From positions 1-60,075 of the IMG/VR virus record IMGVR_UViG_3300024259_001450: a DNA stretch of 60,075 bases, one strand, 5' to 3'. The stretch is from a virus (taxonomy: Duplodnaviria; Heunggongvirae; Uroviricota; Caudoviricetes). The notes below the pieces were generated by a model. The model worked only from the letters and a program-made list of their open reading frames with translations. It made no database searches and was not told where the DNA came from. The position numbers and the translations under genes are program-made. Shown here one piece after another: positions 48,601 through 57,223 of the stretch (its first letter is position 1; the number at the start of each line of letters is the position of its first letter).

Positions 48601-48948
48601 ATGGCAGAAGGAACAAATGAACAAAGAAAATCTAGAATTAAGAAAACAATCAAGAGACAATTTTTTGAGAAGTCTATTAATGTCCCAAAATATGAGAGTG
48701 TTACAGTTGAAGTTTCGTTTGAAGAAGATATTGAATGGAATACTCTTGCAGAAAGAGCAAAAAAGTCTGAGAATATCACTGAACTCTTGAAAAGAGATTA
48801 TAGTAAAACTGTGAAGGACGTATTTAAGAAATACGGATATAAAAAAGGCAATGCAGGTGTTGCAGTTTCAGAGAGCGACGGTGTAACGGCCCCGGCGAAT
48901 AACCAAGACCCACAGTTGGCAGATATGGACGGTCTTGCTAAAGGATAA
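48601..48948 (+). CDS. Hypothetical protein
   Basis: RBS AAGGAG. Confidence 0.6.
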   Translation: MAEGTNEQRKSRIKKTIKRQFFEKSINVPKYESVTVEVSFEEDIEWNTLAERAKKSENITELLKRDYSKTVKDVFKKYGYKKGNAGVAVSESDGVTAPANNQDPQLADMDGLAKG

Positions 48949-48951
48949 ATT

Positions 48952-50067
48952 ATGGAAGATACTGGCAAATTTACAGAGTTGTTTGACATGACTAAGAAGA
49001 ACAAATCTGATAGCGATGTCGATGCCGAGTTGGTAGCGAATGTTAATAATGATCAATTTGAGAAGCAGCCCGCCGAACAGAATTTCGATCAGTTTAAAAA
49101 TAATTTAAAGTCTCGTAAGGAAGATTTGGGAGAAGTAAAAGCTGTGGATTCTCCGGAAGAAGAAACTAGCATAGCAACAGAAGAAGAGATACAAGAAGTA
49201 CAAGAACAAATAAATGAAATTGCAAATGATCCTGATTTGGTAATAGTTACCTCAGGACCACAATTAAAGTCTGAAGAAGAAAATGCCGATAAAGATAATA
49301 GCGAAGATGTAAATGGTATCGACACTGATAATAATTCAGGAGACAAGGTAAAAATGGATTCGCAAACAGATATTGCTACGAAGTTAGAACATTTCCACTG
49401 GGATTTCAAAACAGACAACCCCAAATTTTCTGCATTTTATACAGAAAAAGAGAAGTTGGTTCGTCGTATTACCCAAAATGATATTTTACCTTTTTCTGCC
49501 TGGCGTGACGAAATGAAAGATGCCAAGGTGGATTTATCAACCGTGGAGTACGATTTAAGAGCCATACATACTAAAATGGTCCTAGTCCAAGATTGGAAGG
49601 ACAGAGTTCAAGAAATGCTCATTCGTGCCAACGGTCAATACTTCCTTTGGCGAAGATTTACCGATTTGCTGAGAGGTTATTTGGCAAAGATCGGATACGA
49701 AAAGCCAGCAGAAAAATTCAAAGGCGTTATTTATCAACATATGGGTGATGTAGAATTTTATTTTGCAGAACTAGAATCCATCCGTGAAGATTTAATGGGA
49801 GTAGTGAAGAACTTAGAGGCGGCAGCGGTGGTACTCAATAGGCAACTTTCTATCATACTATACTCGAAAGATGTGCCTACTAAGTATGAACACCATGTTC
49901 CTCAAAGTATGTCAGTTGCTCCTGTGCAGGAAGAACCTCAACGTAGTCGCGTAGAAAATACGGAATTATCATCATATGATACCTTGAGCAGCAAAATAGT
50001 AGAAGATAATCGCAATAAAATAGCAACTGGCTCAGTGGGTTGGGACTATGAAGCGAAGAAGAGGTAA
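48952..50067 (+). CDS. Hypothetical protein: acidic N-terminus and helical C-terminus (possible recombination mediator)
   Basis: 371-aa ORF upstream of SSB and RecA; function guessed from context only. Confidence 0.55.
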   Translation: MEDTGKFTELFDMTKKNKSDSDVDAELVANVNNDQFEKQPAEQNFDQFKNNLKSRKEDLGEVKAVDSPEEETSIATEEEIQEVQEQINEIANDPDLVIVTSGPQLKSEEENADKDNSEDVNGIDTDNNSGDKVKMDSQTDIATKLEHFHWDFKTDNPKFSAFYTEKEKLVRRITQNDILPFSAWRDEMKDAKVDLSTVEYDLRAIHTKMVLVQDWKDRVQEMLIRANGQYFLWRRFTDLLRGYLAKIGYEKPAEKFKGVIYQHMGDVEFYFAELESIREDLMGVVKNLEAAAVVLNRQLSIILYSKDVPTKYEHHVPQSMSVAPVQEEPQRSRVENTELSSYDTLSSKIVEDNRNKIATGSVGWDYEAKKR

Positions 50068-50125
50068 AGCTGCAAGGTATAAAAAATAGTATAAGGGTAT
50101 TTATGACAGTTTTAGGAGAAAAACA

Positions 50126-50830
50126 ATGGCTGAAACAGTAGAATGGAACGAAGAGTTTAACGATGGAACAGGCGGTGGTGGCGGAAATAATGACGGTAAT
50201 AGAATACCGTTCATGAAATTAGTATCAGGTGGGGCACCAGCGGTTGTTCGTCTGATCGGTAAGCCTGTATTATTCAGGCGTTTTGTAAACAAGACCGCTA
50301 GTGGATTTCGCAATGCCATTTGTAGTGAGGATTCTACTATTGGCGATAAGTATGACATTAAGAAAAATGTTAGATTTGCTGTGCATCTAATTGACAGGGC
50401 AGATGGTGTTTTAAAGTTGTTCGAGTTTGGAGTTACCATTTATAATGTCTTCAAATCGTATAAAGACATGACAGGCAATATGCCTGGTGGTCCTGATGGC
50501 GCTGACTTTTCTATCACAAAGACCGGTTCTGGTTTGCAGACCAAATACAAGACTCAAAAAGTTGGTTCTGGTTCACCGTTCACGACAGAAGAAAAGCAAA
50601 TAATTATTAGTGCAGGCAACATTCAAGGTCTTGAATCGGATTTAAAGAATCGTTTCAAAGCTTTGCCAGATGATCAAATCGAAAATATTTTGTTTGGAGA
50701 TGGAAGTCCTGTATCTGCCGCTGTGGAACAACCGCAGCAAGCACAAACAGTAACTCAGTCTTCGACAGTCGAGGCTCCTGCTGAAAATATAGCACCTGTC
50801 GAGACTGGTGGAGACGATTTGGATTTCTAA
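50126..50830 (+). CDS. Phage single-stranded DNA-binding protein (gp32-like)
   Basis: RFAVHLIDRADGVLKLFEFG, GADFSITKTGSGLQTKY, acidic tail ending GDDLDF; adjacent to RecA. Confidence 0.7.
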   Translation: MAETVEWNEEFNDGTGGGGGNNDGNRIPFMKLVSGGAPAVVRLIGKPVLFRRFVNKTASGFRNAICSEDSTIGDKYDIKKNVRFAVHLIDRADGVLKLFEFGVTIYNVFKSYKDMTGNMPGGPDGADFSITKTGSGLQTKYKTQKVGSGSPFTTEEKQIIISAGNIQGLESDLKNRFKALPDDQIENILFGDGSPVSAAVEQPQQAQTVTQSSTVEAPAENIAPVETGGDDLDF

Positions 50831-50853
50831 GAAATTAACGAGAGGGAATTCCT

Positions 50854-52185
50854 ATGGCAAAAAAGAAAAAACCACCTAGCAAAGTTACGCTAGAAAATTG
50901 CATGGGCTTCGTCAGAAAAGGAGCCAGAGCAGAGAATAACGATAAAATATCAACAGGTTATTTTGAGTTGGATTACGCCATTAATTTTGGCACCTTGCCA
51001 GGCGAGGAATGGTTGGGATCATCACATAAGGTGTATGATCCCAACGTCCCTCTTGGTATTCCGTGTGGTAGGATCGTAGAAATATTCGGACCAGAAGGTG
51101 GCGGCAAGTCTTCTCTATGCTATCGTATCGTTGGTAGTGCCCAGAGAATGGGACACACAGCAGCATGGATTGACACAGAGCAATCTTTTTCGGAAGATTT
51201 AGCAAAAATCAATGCGGTAGATTTAGACGAATTGTTGTTATCTGATTTGACCAATAAAGACAATCCAGATATCTTGTATTTTGCGGAAGACGTATTAGAC
51301 AATATCGTTAAACTAATGAAGGCTGGCGTTAAAGTAATTGTATTAGATTCTGTAGCGAACTTGGTTCCAAAAGAAATGATGGAAGCAGTTGCACAGCAAC
51401 AGTTCATCGCAAGATTGGCTCGATTACTCAGTCAGAATTTGGGTAAAATTACTCAATGGGCTGGTGCCACAAACTCGTTGGTTTTGTTTATTAATCAAAT
51501 ACGAGAAAAGCCCGGTGTTCTTTTCGGCAATCCTGAAACTACACCTGGTGGCAGAGCGTTGAAACATAATGCTTCATTAAGATTGAAAATTACAAAACGT
51601 AGTGGCGCTGATTCTTATATCAAGATAGAAGATGATACTACAACAGTTGGTGAAAAGCTAATCGGTTGTAATAGCTATGTGAACTTGGTGAAGAATCGTT
51701 TTGCTAGACCGCTAGTAGATGTGTCTGGAAAAGGGATTTCTATTGATGTTCCTATCTATTATGAACCTTATTTCCCAGACCTAGAAGAAGTTGTTTTCGT
51801 TGCTGGTCGTAGGTATAAGGTGATTACAGCTTATAAGGGAAAATTCCGCTTTAAAGATTTGAATGGTAATAAATATGAAGCTAAAGAGGATGGCAAGGCT
51901 GGATTTGTAGATTATGTAAAAGCCGAAAATCTATTGCCGGTGTTGGTTGATCTACTAATGGCCAAGTCAGAAGAGACTGGTGTTCCTCTCCCTCCTGAAA
52001 TCATATTGTATGAGCGTGGAGATGCTCAAGGCGTGGATACCCCTAAGACTAAAAAAAAGAAAAAAGATGAGATCGTAGATATATCTGATGTAAATGAAGA
52101 GGCTGTTAATGTTGATGATCTAGAAATTGATGAGGAAAATTATGAGGGAGAAGATACCAGAAGCGGAGCGGGAGAAGATACTTAA
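50854..52185 (+). CDS. recA: RecA/UvsX recombinase
   Basis: GRIVEIFGPEGGGKSSL, AWIDTE, IVLDSVANLVPK, FINQIREKPGVLFGNPETTPGGRALKH. Confidence 0.95.
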   Translation: MAKKKKPPSKVTLENCMGFVRKGARAENNDKISTGYFELDYAINFGTLPGEEWLGSSHKVYDPNVPLGIPCGRIVEIFGPEGGGKSSLCYRIVGSAQRMGHTAAWIDTEQSFSEDLAKINAVDLDELLLSDLTNKDNPDILYFAEDVLDNIVKLMKAGVKVIVLDSVANLVPKEMMEAVAQQQFIARLARLLSQNLGKITQWAGATNSLVLFINQIREKPGVLFGNPETTPGGRALKHNASLRLKITKRSGADSYIKIEDDTTTVGEKLIGCNSYVNLVKNRFARPLVDVSGKGISIDVPIYYEPYFPDLEEVVFVAGRRYKVITAYKGKFRFKDLNGNKYEAKEDGKAGFVDYVKAENLLPVLVDLLMAKSEETGVPLPPEIILYERGDAQGVDTPKTKKKKKDEIVDISDVNEEAVNVDDLEIDEENYEGEDTRSGAGEDT

Positions 52186-52876
52186 GCTGAGTTGCTCTCA
52201 GCTTTTTGCTCCCGGCGGTGAAGAAGCATTAGATTATTTGAAAAATGTTCGTCAATTTGACGAGGAAGTTATAAGAAAATTCTCCTTGGGCTATATGCCC
52301 AAACACATTAAAAATCATCTAGGTGATCGACACGAATTAGCTGGCAGAATCATCTTTCCCATCTATAATCAATATGGCGAGTTAGTTGCTTTCTCGTCAA
52401 GAATGCCGAATGTCCCAAGATCGTTTTGGCACGAAAGCTATGCAAAAGGGTTGTATCTGTATGGAATGCATTTGGCTAAAAAAAGCATTCTTGAGCATCA
52501 GAAGGCCATAGTCGTAGAAGGCGAATTCGATGTTATGAAATTACATCAATTCGGTATCAATTGTGCCGTAGGAGTTGTAGGAAGCGCACCGCAATTGCAT
52601 CAAATTGCATTGTTAAGAAGATACTGTAAAGATATTTTTTTGGTATTTGATTCAGATGAAGCCGGTGAAAATGCCGTGAAGAGGATAACTAAAGGAAGAA
52701 CGAATAATATGGCTAAATATTTCAATCCTATCTTTTTAGAAACAAATCTAATCGTGGTCCGTCTGCCAGAAGATATGGACCCTGATGATTTCCTTAAAAC
52801 ACGCAGTAGAAGCGAATTCGTTAGTCTACTTAAAAACACAAAGAAAACTTTTTATGAGGAACACAACCTATGTTAA
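52127..52876 (+). CDS. dnaG: DnaG-type primase catalytic core (TOPRIM) without the zinc finger
   Basis: ALDYL..R..FSLGYMP, RIIFPIYNQYGELVAFSSR, LYG, IVVEGEFDV, FDSDEAG, DPDDF. Start more likely the ATG at 52142. Confidence 0.88.
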   Translation: MMRKIMREKIPEAEREKILKLSCSQLFAPGGEEALDYLKNVRQFDEEVIRKFSLGYMPKHIKNHLGDRHELAGRIIFPIYNQYGELVAFSSRMPNVPRSFWHESYAKGLYLYGMHLAKKSILEHQKAIVVEGEFDVMKLHQFGINCAVGVVGSAPQLHQIALLRRYCKDIFLVFDSDEAGENAVKRITKGRTNNMAKYFNPIFLETNLIVVRLPEDMDPDDFLKTRSRSEFVSLLKNTKKTFYEEHNLC

Positions 52877-53919
52877 AGAAAGATTTTGACAAAACGCCAG
52901 TAGAAGTGGCTTCTATATTGGGTGTTGTAGATACCTATTTACGATGGAATAACAAGTCTGGACCACCACGTAAATATGATATATATCATCCGTCTGCATT
53001 TGGTAAATGTTTGCGTCAAATGCAATATAAAAGATATGCGGATGCTGGGCATATTGTTCCAATAGGAAAAGAATTTGAGAGTAGGATACTCAGATTGTTT
53101 GAAAAGGGCCACAATATGCAATCAAGATGGGAAAGGTATTTTACGTCTATAAATATCTTGCGCGGGTTGTGGAAGTGTGCTAATCCTCTTTGTAAAGATT
53201 GGGACGATAATGGAAACTATACTGGTCAGTATAGTGAAAATCTTGCGAACGGTGTTAAAGAGAAGTACAACGCTAGGATGTATGGACTAAATGATAAACT
53301 AGGATGTTTCAAGCCAGATAAATGTGTATGTGGCTCACCGAGATTTGACTATCACGAATTATCTATCAAAGAGCCTGAACTAAATATGTTTGGTCACGCT
53401 GATTTGATTTTAGATTTTTCACGATTTGATCAGGATCAATTCGATGGTGTATTTAAAAGTTTCAATATCACTAATCTTCCATCGAAACCTATTGTTGTTG
53501 ATATGAAGACAATTAATAAAAATGGTTTTGAGTCGATGACGACGTACAAAGGTGGTCCTCATTTCGGATATCAGATTCAGTTATTGATCTATATGCATTC
53601 GTTGGGTTGTGAATATGGAATTATACTGTATGAGTGCAAAGACAATTCAGAGGTAGCAGCTTATAGAATAGACAGAAATGAAGAGGCGTGGGAATTTATC
53701 AAAAGCCAAGCTAATCTTATGAATCAAATGGCTGAAGCGGAAGATGGTAATGGCGATAAATTGAATCTGTTGCCACCGCCAAGAGTGACAAAGAAATCTT
53801 CATATGAATGTAAGAATTGTGAGTTCAAAAAGTATTGTCATTCTGGTGCCATATGGAAAGATAAAGATTTAAACAACAAAAGGAAGAAATTTTATGGCGA
53901 GTTGCTAGAAAGCAAGTAA
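52870..53919 (+). CDS. Cas4/RecB-like PD-(D/E)XK exonuclease with Cys ligands
   Basis: HPSAFGKCLRQ, GHADL, VVDMKT, QIQLLIYM, C-terminal CKNCEFKKYC. Confidence 0.82.
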   Translation: MLKKDFDKTPVEVASILGVVDTYLRWNNKSGPPRKYDIYHPSAFGKCLRQMQYKRYADAGHIVPIGKEFESRILRLFEKGHNMQSRWERYFTSINILRGLWKCANPLCKDWDDNGNYTGQYSENLANGVKEKYNARMYGLNDKLGCFKPDKCVCGSPRFDYHELSIKEPELNMFGHADLILDFSRFDQDQFDGVFKSFNITNLPSKPIVVDMKTINKNGFESMTTYKGGPHFGYQIQLLIYMHSLGCEYGIILYECKDNSEVAAYRIDRNEEAWEFIKSQANLMNQMAEAEDGNGDKLNLLPPPRVTKKSSYECKNCEFKKYCHSGAIWKDKDLNNKRKKFYGELLESK

Positions 53920-53981
53920 TTGTATGCTTTTGCCGATAAAAAATTAGTAATCTTAAGTATTGAAGTTAAAGGAGTTAAACA

Positions 53982-54359
53982 ATGGATAATGAAAACGAAG
54001 TTATTGAGAAGAAGGAATATAGCAATTCGGATGATCCTGCTTTGCTGTTAGTGAAGGGCGTTAGTGGTTCTAAGGAAGACAATAAGCAGAGAGTGAAAGA
54101 CTTAGCTACTGCAATCTCTACTGTATTTCAAAAACATAATGTAGTTCGTTTGCGTTGTATCGGTAAGGGTGCTATCGGTAATGCCGTATATGCTCATGCC
54201 ATTGCTCGTGGAGAACTTTCAAAGCAAGGCGTTGATTTGCAATCAAGCCCAGTTTTTAAGACAGTGATCCTAGACAAAGAAAATAATGTAGAAAGAACAT
54301 CTATTCTTATGGAGTTGAACGACATTCCATCTGGCGGCGCTACGAATGGTGGTGAATAA
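53982..54359 (+). CDS. spoVS: SpoVS-family (Alba-like) nucleic-acid-binding protein
   Basis: LATAIS..VRLRCIGKGAIGNAVYAHAIARGELSKQGVDLQSSPVF..ERTSI matches the SpoVS pattern AIGAGALNQAVKAVAIARG..GVDL..PAF..ERTAI. Confidence 0.82.
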   Translation: MDNENEVIEKKEYSNSDDPALLLVKGVSGSKEDNKQRVKDLATAISTVFQKHNVVRLRCIGKGAIGNAVYAHAIARGELSKQGVDLQSSPVFKTVILDKENNVERTSILMELNDIPSGGATNGGE

Positions 54360-54376
54360 CAATTTAGGAGAATTAG

Positions 54377-54955
54377 ATGTCATACGTCAATAGAAAAAAA
54401 CTATTTGATATACTGTCAAATGCCAAACAAGGCATTGAACCTCTTGAATCAGAATTGGAATTAGAAGATTTGCTATCTGCCATCAAAGAGAATACAGATC
54501 AAATTAGTTTTTATGAAAATTTGAAAAAGAAACGTGCAACAGAAATCGACGAAGAAATAAAAAAGACAAAGGAACAAATTAAGACTCTCGAAAGTATTAT
54601 CCTTGCTACGCTGGACAATGTGGATAAAAAGTCTTTGAAATTCCCAGGTGTTGGGAAAGTTACCATTGTTAAAAGGTCTGGCAAGTGGGTGATAGACGAT
54701 TCGGATAAGTTCTTAGAAGTGTTGAAGGAAGAAGACACGGCGGCTTATGGTCGAGTAGTAACGATGAAACCGTCGATAGCAAAAAAGGAAGTTGATGTCA
54801 TACTAAACGCATGGGAAAAAGTCAAAAAAGTTCCTAATTGTGTTAGTAAAACGCAGCCGTTTGAAACCGTCAAAATAAGTTTCGATAAAGATATAAAAGT
54901 AACATATGACGATGATGAAGCTGAAGATACATCTCCTGAGAATTTGGATTTTTAA
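54377..54955 (+). CDS. Mu Gam/gp157-like DNA end-protection protein
   Basis: N-terminal coiled coil, then KKSLKFPGVGKVTI..WVIDD..KPSIAKKEV. Confidence 0.6.
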   Translation: MSYVNRKKLFDILSNAKQGIEPLESELELEDLLSAIKENTDQISFYENLKKKRATEIDEEIKKTKEQIKTLESIILATLDNVDKKSLKFPGVGKVTIVKRSGKWVIDDSDKFLEVLKEEDTAAYGRVVTMKPSIAKKEVDVILNAWEKVKKVPNCVSKTQPFETVKISFDKDIKVTYDDDEAEDTSPENLDF

Positions 54956-56821
54956 ATGAGTAGATTCAGTTACAACCGCAAAAGATTGGAAAAAACTTTC
55001 AATCGTTTATTAGATTTTTACGGCACAATGCCAGACACAGTAGGGTGTATGGATAGTATTAGCAAACCTACTGGTCATGGAGGGTGTGGTGCTTGGTGCT
55101 GTCTAACGCCAGAAACTAGGGTATTTACTGAAAGAGGGTTGATACCTATCAAAGATATAGAAGTCGGTGAAAAAGTATGGACGAGATTGGGATGGAAAAA
55201 AGTAATATCAAAAGCTGATAAACATGTCGATGAAGATATCACAGTTGTAGAAACACGCTATGGTAGAAAAATTAGATTGACAAACGATCATTTGGTATTT
55301 GTCGATGAATTTGGTAGAAAATCTAGGGAAAATGCTAGTGACCCCAAATGGGTAAAAGCAGTAGACTTAATATCAAAAAAATCAAACGACAAGGGCCATT
55401 ACATAATTTTTCCAAAATATAAAAATAATACGAAACAATCTGTGCAAAGTATTAAAATTACAGACTATTTATCAAAATATGAATGCTTTGTTGAAGGGAA
55501 TTTTTGTTTTGCTTCTAAGATCAAAAAAGGAAAAATACTTCCACTATCTATACAGCTAAATTATGATTTTTGTTGGATATTAGGACTATATTTAGCGGAA
55601 GGAACTACTGGAGAGGCTACAACAGAATTCCATATTAGTTCAGATGAAAAAGAAATAAGAAAAAAAATATTATCATTTGCAGAATCTCTTGGTTTATATT
55701 CTTCGTATAGAGTCACGCATGGAAAAAGTTTGAGCGTAAGAGTCTTTTCAAAAGTTTTATCTAAATTATTCAAAAAGATTGGTAACTCTGGTTGTGATAA
55801 AAAACAAATACCACAAAAGTTAATGAAAAAAATAATTAAAGATAAGTTTCTTTTGTCTGGTTTGCACGATGGATATTATGCTGGGGACGGTACGAAGAAG
55901 AAATATGGAAATTTAGAATATTCTATTACAACAACGTCTGAAGAACTATTGTATCAAATATTATTCTTTAATTTTATAGAAAATAAAAATCCAGTATTAT
56001 ATACGCAAAAAAAAGAGAACAGAAAAAGATCATATACATTAAATATCAATTCGGGAAAATATCATGATTATGTAGAAACTGAAGATGATTTTCGCATTCC
56101 TATTAAGAGCGTATCTGTGGAGAAATATATTGGAGATGTATATGATATTGAAGTAGAAGATTCTAATTCTTTTACTACAGTTGCAGGTGAAGTTCATAAT
56201 TGTAAGATACAAAATCCACAATTGCTATATTGCGAGTTCTTGTACGCATTTGACTATATCCTAAAGAATTGGACGGAAGAAGAACTTCTAGTTGTAATCG
56301 AAGAAGCGATCAGAAATTACTTGAAAGACACGCCCACAAAAGGATGTGTATTCTTTGACAGTAAAACCAAAATGTGTAAAATCCACACGCACAGATGTTT
56401 TAACTGTCATTTATATGGCATTATTCCTGATGAGGAATTTACCCCACGACTTGAACGACTTCGTAAAGAGTATTCTGATATCAATGCGATTTTCAAAGAA
56501 CAATGCAAATTAGTTAAAGCAGAAGATGGGGAAAAACTGACAATGAAAATCACAGACAAATGGTGGGAGAAGTTGTCGTCAATCGAGCAACAGCTTGGTA
56601 TCAAAGCCAATATGATTACAGACAAGCCCGGCGGAACGTATCGTACATACCACGATCACTTGTTGATTTATTTATTGCCGGATTATACTTTGGAAAACCT
56701 TTCCGAAGTAAGGAAACATGGGAAACCGGAAGACAAAGAGAAAGTCATAATGACATTAATGGATATTCTTAGTAAGGCTATAAAAGGAATTAAAGATGAT
56801 CCGCAGAGCGAAGATTCTTGA
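54956..56821 (+). CDS. YkgJ-like (CxxCxxCC) Zn/Fe-chelating protein containing an intein
   Basis: Exteins C..GCGAWC/C and GCVFFD..KMCKIHTHRCFNCHLYG; mature protein about 254 aa. Confidence 0.8.
   Translation: MSRFSYNRKRLEKTFNRLLDFYGTMPDTVGCMDSISKPTGHGGCGAWCCLTPETRVFTERGLIPIKDIEVGEKVWTRLGWKKVISKADKHVDEDITVVETRYGRKIRLTNDHLVFVDEFGRKSRENASDPKWVKAVDLISKKSNDKGHYIIFPKYKNNTKQSVQSIKITDYLSKYECFVEGNFCFASKIKKGKILPLSIQLNYDFCWILGLYLAEGTTGEATTEFHISSDEKEIRKKILSFAESLGLYSSYRVTHGKSLSVRVFSKVLSKLFKKIGNSGCDKKQIPQKLMKKIIKDKFLLSGLHDGYYAGDGTKKKYGNLEYSITTTSEELLYQILFFNFIENKNPVLYTQKKENRKRSYTLNINSGKYHDYVETEDDFRIPIKSVSVEKYIGDVYDIEVEDSNSFTTVAGEVHNCKIQNPQLLYCEFLYAFDYILKNWTEEELLVVIEEAIRNYLKDTPTKGCVFFDSKTKMCKIHTHRCFNCHLYGIIPDEEFTPRLERLRKEYSDINAIFKEQCKLVKAEDGEKLTMKITDKWWEKLSSIEQQLGIKANMITDKPGGTYRTYHDHLLIYLLPDYTLENLSEVRKHGKPEDKEKVIMTLMDILSKAIKGIKDDPQSEDS
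55100..56200 (+). mobile_element. Intein (367 aa) with an in-frame LAGLIDADG/DOD endonuclease
   Basis: CLTPETRVFT, RLTNDHLV, WILGLYLAEG, GYYAGDG, VYDIEVEDSNSFTTVAGEVHN/C. Confidence 0.93.
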
Positions 56822-57191
56822 TAGTGAATACAGAAAAGATTTGAATGTTATTATCTGGAGAGTTTTGTTTCTAGAAAATCCTGACAAAGATGAGAACGAA
56901 CCTCAAGATTTATTAGAAGGCGAGACAAGAACACTGATATATAGAGCGACTGATTTGATGTCTGCGTTAGGTGTCACTTCTCAAGTCCCACCGTATATGA
57001 TTATGAAATTTGCCAATGACATAAAAGGTAAAGAACTTAATTTGGATATGAGGGCACAGATCGCCAACTTAGACAAAGAAGAATTAGAAGATATGACAGA
57101 TGAAGATATGCAAAAATTAGCAGGCAATACATGGCATCAATATCCCTTCTACGAAGCATATCAAATCGAACAAGAAAAAGACGGGCAGTAG
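56796..57191 (+). CDS. Hypothetical protein
   Basis: RBS AAGGA; 131 aa. Confidence 0.6.
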   Translation: MIRRAKILDSEYRKDLNVIIWRVLFLENPDKDENEPQDLLEGETRTLIYRATDLMSALGVTSQVPPYMIMKFANDIKGKELNLDMRAQIANLDKEELEDMTDEDMQKLAGNTWHQYPFYEAYQIEQEKDGQ

Positions 57192-57223
57192 ATTATTAAC
57201 GAAGAAATAAACGAGGTAGAAAA

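Noticed and set aside
3865-56772. Other short alternative-frame + strand ORFs (3865, 11835, 18556, 26014, 41756, 44886, 56560) as further overprinted genes
   Set aside because: They are only 60-90 aa with no motifs, unlike the 310-aa nested endonuclease, and are consistent with chance
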